Assembly: GCA_030704615.1 (NCBI GenBank)
Contig: CM060732.1
Location: forward strand, 58,280,001 to 58,344,000
DNA from: Takakia lepidozioides
Taxonomy: Eukaryota > Plantae > Bryophyta
Direction of reading: 5' to 3'
DNA: 64,000 nt
The notes beneath the pieces are model-generated. The model did no database searches. It saw only the letters and a list, made by a program, of their open reading frames with translations, and was not told where the DNA came from. Numbering within the stretch: the first letter of the stretch is position 1; the number at the start of each line of letters is the position of its first letter. Both the position numbers and the translations under genes were made by a program. Positions 12,332 through 22,130 of this stretch are shown here, piece by piece.

Positions 12332-15300
12332 CTATGCTGCAACCTCTTGAGCAGTACTCCCTACCTGCTCAGTCAATGACAAGGCCTCATCCTGCCCCAT
12401 CATCTCATCCTTGAGGACCTCCTCAACCGAGAAGAATCCCCAACCTCATCCATCACAGCCGCCTTGGCTGCCAACTCCCTCTGAACCTCGAGCACCTCCC
12501 ACGTGTGCCATGGATGCATGCACCCCGTGGTCCTCATATGCTCGCCCCCACTCACTGCCTGTACCGTCTCGGTAGGCAGAGAGACCATTGAGGGAAGTGT
12601 ATTCCGCACTCTGCGTTGCTCAGCTAGAGCCAAGCTGATAATCCAGGTCAAGCAATTGAGATCCATTGCTTGCCCCAACACTTGACGACGTGATGCCTCA
12701 GAAAGAGACGACACCGCCGTGGTACCAGTGGTAAAACCCATTGCCCGCTCACGCTCGTCAGCATTAGGCTCCACTAACTGCTGCAACTGAGCATCCCACA
12801 GGAGGCCAGGTCCACTATCCCGGAAAGCATGCGATCCTGGGAAGCTGAGCAGTGTAGGTAATGCTGCTCGTGGTTGACCCACCTTGTTGACCACTGCCAA
12901 AGGCGAACGGTCATCGTGTCTCACACGTTGAGACTGCCTCCCTGTGTCCAGAATGTTATCCACTGTGAGATGTGCTGGCCGCTGCACCCCATCAAATGCA
13001 CGCTTGAGCAGTGCGGGTGGCATCATGTTAGTCCACCATAGCCGTGGACGATGAGCCCGTGACCCCACTGTAGCTGCATCTAGCAACACTGCTGACCCAA
13101 GCCACGACCGGACTTGATGCACACTGGCCATCACCCTGGCCCGAGAATCGCCCATCAGTGGCACATTCTCCAAGATGTATGCTGGAGATACAGCTTGATG
13201 AAGCTGCAAGTGGCGCAAAACCCGCACCATCTCCCAAAACAGACCCGACCTCGAGTCTCGCAATCCATTGCCATGCCCGGCTGATGAATGCCCTTGGCAG
13301 GGCCAACCTGCCACTACCAGATCAATGGAGCCAACCCGCTCCAAATCCTGCGCCCCCAGCAACGAAATGTCTGCTGGCAAGGCCTGCTGATATCCACGAA
13401 TTGCAGACACCGACAACAACTCAGGGTACCGCTGCACCAACTGAGCAACATGGCGAAGTGAAACGCGTCGTGCAGTCTCATCCCTCTCCACATACAGGTA
13501 ACGCCGAACTCGTACACCTGCCTGTAACACAGCAGCCAATCCGGTGCTGATCCCGCCAAACAAGTCCAGAAGACAAATGCCTTCATCCGGAGACTGCCAC
13601 ACAATAGGTGTGGTGTCCAATGGAGACAATTGAGGTGGTCCTGGTGCAATCCCCACACTCTCCTCCTCTCCTGACGGTACAAAAGCCTCCACCCAGGCTT
13701 GTTGCACCCGTCGATCAGCATCCCGCTGCAAATCCTTGCTCGTGCCCCACAATGGAGTCTGAGCAACCATGGTAGGCAACTCCGCCATACCATACATGTC
13801 ATCCTGCTCTCCCGGAGGTGGTACATCCTCTGAATGAGCATTGCCCTCAAGCAACTCTCTAGGCCAACTCACTGCCGCTGTGAATGCTGCTAGTGTCGGC
13901 ATCTTGCCTCGCTGGGCAACCGCAACTCCTCCTATGAACGTCACAGGGAGCTGCACACGCCGGCCCTCCCCTGACTGCCATGCAGGCCTATAGGAAGCTG
14001 ACTCCTCCCAAAAATCCAGGGTGAAGCCCATGGGGTACAACACTGCCCCACCAACCAGGACATCGTATGAGACTGCGTCTGTCACAATGGCCTTGGCTCG
14101 CATCACTGAGCCATCTGTAGGGTGATCCGGCCGTAGTCTGATAGCCAACTCATGCCGTGTCATGCCCCGAGCCTGCTCCGATCCTCCCAGAGACGTCTGT
14201 ATCTGGAAAGGACAAGGCTCCATATCCGCCTCCGTGAGGCCCAAGCCTGCAATAGCAGCTCTGCCCAGCATCAGTGGCTGAGCTCCCGAGTCCAACAAGA
14301 CTCGCAGTGGCCGGTACCTCTTGCCTGCCGGTCCACTCAAACAGAAAATGCCATCCTGGTTGTCTAACATGACAACTCCAGGTGTCACCATGGCGCGCTC
14401 AATGGCTGGCCTAGCTGGCAGCTCCATCAACCTGGCAGCTGCAGCTTGCCATGGCGCCGCCGTGGCAGTCTTGACCCTCAAATCCGAGGATCCCTCCGGC
14501 ACTACACCTCCCACTATCTCCGCAGAAGATGAAGTAACCTCCCCACTCTCACAGAGTGTAGCTGCCAGCCTGAACACCTCAGCTGGTCTTACCCCCGGCG
14601 TCGCAATCATGGTAGCCGAGAACAATGGAGCCTGGCACACAGATGTGGCCGCTCCTAGCAGCACACTAGCTGCCGTAGCCTTGGCAACACTAGGTAGTGG
14701 TGCTACCCGTGTAGCTCTCCCCAATGGCATAGTGACCTCCGCCTCGGTAACAGTCGGGCGAGAACTAGGTGCCATGGATGGCGTCGACACTGTCTCCGCC
14801 AATGTGAATGACTGAGGAAGCCTAGCCTGACGGCTTGCCTCCCCACGCTGTGGATCCAACTCCACCTCTGCACCTCGTGGCTCAGGAACTCGTGCTGCTC
14901 CTCGAGTCACGGCTGCAGCAGACTCCACCTGCACTAGTGGTAGTGCTGCTCCACACATGAATCCCATGCCTCCCATATCTCCTCCCTCAGGAGCAGGAGG
15001 TGGACCATCCGGCCTTAGAGCCGGTACCACCTGAGCTGTAGCCATGGCAGCGAGCCTCTGCTCTAGCTGCTGAAGCCGGTTGGCCATGCCTTGGTCAACA
15101 CCCTGACCTCCGCGTCCTTGGCCACGTTGAGCTTGCCCTTGGCCTGCACCTCGTGGCTGGCCACCTCGTCCTCTCTGGGCTGCTCCACCTCGCCCCCGGC
15201 CACCATTGTTCCCTTGGAACTGGCCTGGGCGCAACTCAGGATGCAAACTATAACACTGGGCCTCTCCATGCCCGTGCTTGCCACAATGCCCACACTGCAA

Positions 15301-16501
15301 CTGTGCAGGCTGTGCATGTGCCGACCCTTTGCCTCCCTCTGGGCAATCCTTCTTGACATGGGGTCCTCCACATGTCCAGCACACCACATCCGCCCGTTGT
15401 TGGCCAGCAAATGAAGGGAGAGACCCCTGCATTTGAGGTCCTCTCTGCCCTTCCCTGAGCTTCACCTGAGCCCCTTGTTGCCTTGAGCACGTTGAGGTAG
15501 TGGTTGGCTAGGAGCACCACTACCCCGTGGTGTCTCCTTAGCAAATCCCACCATGACCACTCGTTCCTCCACCATGTTGAGCTCTATCCGCTCTGCCAGC
15601 AAAAACACATTTGCTAAGGTGGGTTGGGCCGCTTGTAGGAGAGTTGCATCCCGCACCCTTCTCCTCAGCTCCTTGTCCAATATCCCATACCAGAATTGGA
15701 CTGCCTGAGCTTCCGTAACCCCTTGGGTTACATTTATCAAGCGCCTCATGCGAGTGAAAGCCTCCCTCAAGCTCTCGGTCGGCTTCCGTTGGAACTCTTG
15801 CAAGCTCCGCAACTTCTCTGTCCTCACCCCTTGGTAGTTCCCTCTCAACTCTTCGAAGAACTCCACAACAGGGTTGAAGGCAGGCACGGGTGCTAGTGCT
15901 GGTGCGGTAGTGGCTTGGGTGGACGTCGTAGCTACTGTACCACCAGTCCCACTGCTGCTTGCTGAAGCTGCCGGTGCAGCGGCAGGTGTAGCCACTGCCC
16001 TCGTGGCTCTAGTGCCCCTAGTGATGGAGACATAGTCGGGTGACCAGTACATCCTCCACTCCTCGATCTCAACCTCATGCCCCCGCCTGAACTCATGGTA
16101 ATCATCCATAGGCGCCCCTCAAGGTGCTGAAACAGCCCTTTCCATGCCATGAACGGCGTAAATAGTTGTGGATTGCGCATTTGCTGCAAATCACACCAAC
16201 TATCAAACTCTTGGATAAAATCATCCAACTCAATGGTGCCCACCGCCCCAGAGTACCTTCGTGGCCCCTTGGTAGCTCCATACATCTCCTCCATTGTGTC
16301 CCACAATAATGGCAAAGAAACAACTTGCACCGCCGGTATGAGCCCTCCTGATTCACAATCCGAATCAGAACCTTCCGTGGAAGACACAGGAGGTGAAGGT
16401 GGCCTAAACCGCACACCTCGTCTCGTGTACCCACTAGTATCGCTAGTGCTCGAACCGGCACTGTCCCCAGCAACTAGTGGCACCTCCGTGTTGACACTCA
16501 A
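12332..16501 (-). CDS. gag-protease-C5 DNA methyltransferase ORF; three breaks, each repairable by adding one G to a G-run
   Basis: Gag capsid-like region (15462-16501), knuckles CWTCGGPHVKKDC and CGHCGKHGHGEAQC, protease LLDSGAQ (~14290), DNMT domain. Breaks at ~16116, ~15481 and 12438-12441. Confidence 0.88.
12620..13580 (-). other. C5-cytosine DNA methyltransferase domain (Dcm/DNMT fold)
   Basis: Motifs in canonical order: I LDLFGGISTG, II YVE, III DI, IV GWPCQGHS (catalytic Cys, ~13300), VI YILENV (~13165), VIII AHRPRLWWTN (~13040), IX ERERAMGF, X RRQVLGQAM. Confidence 0.93.
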
Positions 16502-16759
16502 CCGGTCATGAACATGTCCCTAACCCCCTCTCCACAAGGTAACCGGGTAGAGAACCTGTTGCGGCTTATGGTTTGGAATACTAAGTTCCTAACATAGCCT
16601 ACACCTGAACTGCATGATCATGGGAATATCATGAAGATACTCCTCAAACCGCCCTCCACGAGCTTCAAAATTCGGCCTTCCAGACCACATGCCAGTCCTT
16701 AGTCCACCAGTGCCTCCACGAGTCAGCACAGGCCATCCACAGGTCAACACGGGCCACCA

Positions 16760-18380
16760 CAGACCAGCACAGGCCCACACAGCTCACTGGTCACAGCCGT
16801 CACAGTCCCACAGGCCACTGGGCACAGTCTGTCACAGCCCCTCACAGCTCGTCACAGCCTCAAAGGCCTCAGGCACAGCCTGTCACAGCCCCTCACAGCC
16901 CGTCACAGCCCCAAAGGCCTCAGGCGCGGCCTGTCACAGCCCCAAAGGCCATGGGCACGGCCTGTCACAGCCCCTCACAGCCCGTCACAGCCTCAAAGGC
17001 CTCAGGCACGGCCTGTCACAGCCCCTCACAGCCCGTCACAGCCCCAAAGGCCATGGGCACGGCCTGTCACAGCCCCTCACAGCCCGTCACAGCCCCAAAG
17101 GCCATGGGCACGGCCTGTCACAGCCCCTCTCAGCCCGTCACAGCCCCAAAGGCCTCGGGCACGGCCTGTCACAGCCCCTCACAGCCCGTCACAGCCCCAA
17201 AGGCCATGGGCACGGCCTGTCACAGCCCGTCACAGCCCGTCACAGCCCGTCACAGCCGCAAAGGCCTCAGGCACGGCCTGTCACAGCCCCTCACAGCCCA
17301 TCACAGCCCCAAAGGCCATGGGCACAGCCTGTCACAGCCCGTCACAGCCCCACAGGCCTCAGGCACAGCCTGTCACAGCCCCGCACAGCCCGTCACAGCC
17401 CCAAAGGCCACTGGGCACAGCCTGTCACAGCCTGACACAGCCCGTCACAGCCCCACAGGGCACAGGGCACAGCCTGTCACAGCCCATCACAGCCCATCAC
17501 AGCCTCAAAGGCCTCAGGCACGGCCCCTCACAGCCCATCACAGCCCCAAAGGCCATGGGCACAGCCTGTCACAGCCCGTCACAGCCCCAAAAGGCCACTG
17601 GGCACAGCCTGTCACAGCCTGACACAGCCCGTCACAGCCCCACAGGGCACAAGGCACAGCCTGTCACAGCCCATCACAGCCTGTCACAGCTTGCCACAGC
17701 CTGTCACAGCCCGTCACAGCCCGTCACAGCCCGTCACAGCTTGCCACAGCCCCAAAGGCCATGGGCACGGCCTGTCACAGCCCCTCACAGCCCGTCACAG
17801 CCCCAAAGGCCATGGGCACGGCCTGTCACAGCCCGTCACAGACCGTCACAGCCGCAAAGGCCTCAGGCACGGCCTGTCACAGCCCCTCACAGCCCATCAC
17901 AGCCCAAAGGCCATGGGCACAGCCTGTCACAGCCCGTCACAGCCCCACAGGCCTCAGGGCACAGCCTGTCACAGCCCCGCACAGCCCGTCACAGCCCCAA
18001 AGGCCACTGGGCACAGCCTGTCACAGCCTGACACAGCCCGTCACAGCCCCACAGGGCATAGGGCACAGCCTGTCACAGCCCATCACAGCCCATCACAGCC
18101 TCAAAGGCCTCAGGCACGGCCTGTCACAGCCCCTCACAGCCCATCACAGCCCCAAAGGCCATGGGCACAGCCTGTCACAGCCCGTCACAGCCCCAAAAGG
18201 CCACTGGGCACAGCCTGACACAGCCCGTCACAGCCCCACAGGGCACAGGGCACAGCCTGTCACAGCCCATCACAGCCTGTCACAGCTTGCCACAGCCCGT
18301 CACAGCCCGTCACAGCTCGCCACAGCCTGACACAGCCCGTCACAGCCCGTCACAGCTTGCCACAGCCTGTCACAGCCCCA
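16760..18380. repeat. ~1.6-kb minisatellite in the element's 5' leader
   Basis: 10-bp unit (C/T)GTCACAGCC in ~52-55-bp higher-order units punctuated by AAAGGCC-ATGGGCAC/TCAGGCAC. It produces the repetitive ORFs at 16689-18439. Confidence 0.95.
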
Positions 18381-18849
18381 CACATGGCCGCTCTGGCAGT
18401 TTAGCCATTTCTCCAAGGGTTTTAGCCACACCAAGCTAGGGTTTGTGTCTCTTGGACTCTAGGCTTCTTTCCACCGAGCTATGGTGGCTGTGAGGAAATC
18501 AGCAAGGTATCCTTGCTCTTTCGGCTCCCACACACCACCATAGTAGCCCTAAGCCATGAGGTGGTTGCCACAAACCAAGCCTTCTTTCTCACTTAGCCTA
18601 CCCAAACACGCCACTAAACTCAATGGCAAACAACCAAGCCCTGCTGGTTCCCAGCCCTTGTGAGCACTCATTCAAGCACTCTCCTTGGCCATAGCATCTG
18701 TCTTAGAGCTTCTTCCAGCCCCCTACACCTGCTGCTTCAAGAGTTGCGCTCCCTTCAAGCTTGAAGTTGAAACCCCAACTCACATAGGCCCTACAAGTGC
18801 TTTTCTTTCACTCCAAGTGGAAACCAGCCCTAGACCTTCCGTTCTAGCT

Positions 18850-19260
18850 CTCTAAAGCTTGAAAACAAGAGCCTCAATGGGCTGAAGGCATGCTCCACAC
18901 ATGCCCCACTCTCACCATAAAAGAATCAGCTCCTTTGCTTCATTTCTTGCACCCACAAACCTGAAAATACAAGCTTCAGCATGCTGAAAGCATGCTCCAC
19001 ATGCCCTACAGGGAAACCAGCCCCTTCCTTCCTTTCTTGCACTCCCACACCTGAAAGTGCAAGCCTTCACCAGGCTGATAGCATGCTCCACACATGCATT
19101 GCCCTCACGTAAGGGAAGTCAGCCCTTCCCTCTTCCTTGCTTGCCCTCCAAGCTTGAAGATGGAAGCTTCAATGAGCTAAATACATGCTCCACACATGCA
19201 ACCTCTTCACACAAGAGATATCAGCCCCCTATCTTGGCTCCTTGGCTCTTTGATGCTCTC
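18850..19260. repeat. Degenerate ~95-100-bp tandem repeats in the 5' leader
   Basis: CATGCTCCAC(AC)ATGC recurs at ~18889, 18991, 19083 and 19184. Confidence 0.7.
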
Positions 19261-19914
19261 TAAGACAAGACTAAGCACTCCATAGCCTTTGCCAAGCTCC
19301 TGGAACCCTAAGGCTTACATTTCCAGCCACAAGACACTTCTCTTGTGGTGCAAGAGCTCTTCTTCCAAGCTCTGTAACCCTAGGTGCACATTCCATGGCC
19401 TTGCCGCACCTCTTAGCTCCTATTCCAGCCCTGCTCTCGCCATGACAAGAGCCCTCTCAATGCTGAAGCTCGAGATTGAAACCCAATCTCACCATACTCC
19501 ACAAAGTGCACTGATTTGCCCCAAGCCAAATCAGCCCTTTCGCTTGGTCTTGCAATCCTTCACACAATGACAGCTCGCATTCCCAAGTCCAGTTCTCAGC
19601 TTTGCCACCAAAGCCACTATAACCTGCTCTTGACTGGTCCTCTTCCCAATCGTGCTTGCTCATGCATGTACACAATCTGAAACCATCAAGGTGCTCTGGA
19701 ATTACCTACAGTATGGTGCTTTCATCTCTGAAGCTGAAGATCGAATGCCAAGGTTTACCACCTCGTAACCCACATCGCCTCCGCTTCTAACAACCAAGAG
19801 CTCCACGGTGCTCCTTGCATAACAACTTGGTTTCTCTCATTCTCAAGCAAAAACCACAAGTGCTACAACTAACTCGTATCTGGCACTCATAGATACGAGC
19901 TGATCTTTCTCGAG

Positions 19915-20241
19915 TGATAAAGAAGAAGGATACAAGCACAAGCTCATGCGAGCTCACAAAGCTGAAGCATAAACTCATGCATATATAACCTCATCACTCA
20001 AATACAAGTCAAGCCAAGTGCACCCCACGCCATGGGGAATCCACACTACGGCGCCATAGCTAGGCGCGGTGAGGCTCAACTCGAGAAAGATGAGCCTCCC
20101 GCGCTTGCCGTGAAGATAACCACTCCAGGGCCTAAATCTGCCTTGACCCCTGGATTGACACTTGGGCCAATCCCAAATGTCAATATGTAAAAGCTAGCTA
20201 TTTCCTAGCTAGTTTCACACTAGTGGTAAAATAACTTGACA
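19915..20241. repeat. 5' terminal repeat B
   Basis: 327 bp; one mismatch seen against 8420-8746. TATA-like TTATATAT on minus at 19981-19988. Confidence 0.92.
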
Positions 20242-20282
20242 TACCTACCACGATTCCAGCTTTGACGATGTCAACATGGACC

Positions 20283-22030
20283 CTATCCCAGACCTCAATG
20301 TAGCAGTAACCTGGCTCCTCTCTGACACCTCTGACCTTCATCATTTTTCTCACCTTAGCAGTATCGTCCTACCTACCAACTGCAACAGAGATGTTCGATA
20401 GCAACACATGAGTTCCAGCATCTTGTCCATCCCACTCGAGAAAACATTTTGCCGCACGCTCTGCCACCTCCACATTGCCATGACTCCTGCAGGCACCAAG
20501 CAAGGCCCTCCACACATCCAGTTTGATTGGCATTTTATTGATCAAATCCTCTGCCTCGTCCAATCGCCATGCATGGTCAAGAAGGTCCACCATGCAACCT
20601 ATTTAAATGGCGAATGTATGAATCCCATCCAAATGATTTTTGTTTCTTTTCAAACTTATGAGAGCAGATCCTGGAGTCTTTATAGAGATTCTCTGTACCA
20701 TGCAGAGGCCCTTGGCAAGTAGGACCTGATTCTACATACCCTCAAACAGGTCCATGACAAGTACGGGATCAATCGAACTTCATTAAAATGGCAAATGTAT
20801 GAATCCCAAACAGGTCCATGACAAGTATGGGTGCTGCACTGTTGGAGTCAGGCCATGATCTTGACTCAGGGAATAAAAGAAGTGTCTGCCTTCATCTAGT
20901 AGGCCCCCCATGGCTGCATGCAGAGGGAACACATAAAGGTGAAATTGTTTGGCTTCAAGCCTTCATTTTGTATCCTTTCACATAGTTGTAGGACCTCCCT
21001 ATGACAACCATGCTGGGCATATCATGCGGTCATTGCATTCCATGCACATCTCGTTTAGCCATATTTTCAAACACTCCTTTGCATCATTGATGCTCCCACA
21101 CTTGGTGTACATGTCGATGAGGGTAGTATCAAAGATGATATTTGGCACAATTCCAGCTTTCATGATGTCAGCATGGACCTCTTTGTCCTTTTCCAGAGCT
21201 CCCAGGCTGGCACACACATTGCAAACACACACGAATGTTCACTGGTTGGGGTTCACCCCTTCTTGCATCAGTTGATCATAGGTTTCCAAAGCCTCCATCC
21301 CACACCCATGTTGGGCGTATCCTGTGATCATTGCAGCCCACAATACCACTTTTTGTTCAGCCATATTGTCGAACAGCCCCTCTGCATGCTTGATGCTCCC
21401 GCATTTGGCATACGTATCCACGAGGGTAGTGTCCAAGATGACATTTGGCACATTTCCAGCTTTCATGATGTCAGCATGGACCTCTTTGCCCTTTTCTAGG
21501 GCTCCCAGGCTGGCACATGCATTGCAAACGCAAACCAATGTGATCTGGTTGGGCTTCAACCCTTCCCACAATCGTTTGCTTATAGGTCTCCAAAGCCTCC
21601 ATTCCAAAACCATGCTTGGCATATCTGCAATCATTGCACCATATGTGCAGGCATATTGTCGAACACTCCCTTTGCATCCTTGAGGCTCCCACATTTGGCA
21701 TACATGTCGACAATGGACGTATCCAAGACGATATTTGGCACAATTCCAGCTTTCATGATGTCAACATAGACCTCTTTGCCCTTTTCCAGAGCTCCCAGGC
21801 TGGCACACACATTGTAAATGCAGACGAATGTGACTTGGTTGGGCTTCACCCCATCCTGCATCATTTGCTCACATATCTCCAAAGCCTCCATACCGAACCC
21901 TTGCTGGGCATACCCTGCTATCATTGCACCCCATGAAACCACATTTCGTTCAGCCATATTGTTGAGCACTCCCTTTGCATCCTCGATGCTCCCGCATTTG
22001 GCCTACATGTCATCTAGGGTAGTATCCAAG
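20283..22030 (-). pseudogene. PLS-class PPR-E pseudogene
   Basis: Repeated DMYAKCGS..A..VFDNM...VVSW.AMIAGYAQHG motifs and E-domain MVDLL...VWRALLGACRSHGNVE...VLLSNI; frameshifts and a ~230-bp insertion at 20600-20830. Confidence 0.88.
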
Positions 22031-22130
22031 GTCTCAAGGGTTTCCCTACAATATCACTGTTTCATATACCTTGCCATCAGTATATTCCTCGTATCTTGTT
22101 TCTTGCGCCCCGTTAAAGTAACCCTAATAA

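Larger units (their letters stand above)
8231..20241 (-). mobile_element. Ty3/Gypsy-like retrotransposon encoding a C5 DNA methyltransferase and a PHD finger, with split direct repeats
   Basis: TGTC...GACA termini; TSD TACC (8227-8230, 20242-20245); empty site GGATAG-TACC-TACCACG at ~24361. Repeat A at 8231-8420 and 8749-8938; repeat B at 8420-8746 and 19915-20241. Confidence 0.93.

Noticed and set aside
12620-13580. Host CMT/DRM/MET1 gene or bacterial contamination
   Set aside because: Intronless, in frame with Gag-protease, inside TSD-bounded termini with a plant empty site; no BAH, chromo or UBA domains, and motifs are not permuted as in DRM.
16689-18439. Long repetitive ORFs (SQPVTA/ACHSP), and a CRISPR-like appearance
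   Set aside because: These are translations of a stop-free minisatellite. There are no unique spacers or cas genes, and the context is eukaryotic.
18400-19900. Apparent CpG depletion as a footprint of the element's DNMT
   Set aside because: Impression only; it needs observed/expected counts and cannot be separated from host methylation.
8231-20241. DIRS/Ngaro tyrosine-recombinase element
   Set aside because: No YR domain seen; it has a protease, an HHCC-DDE integrase and a TSD.
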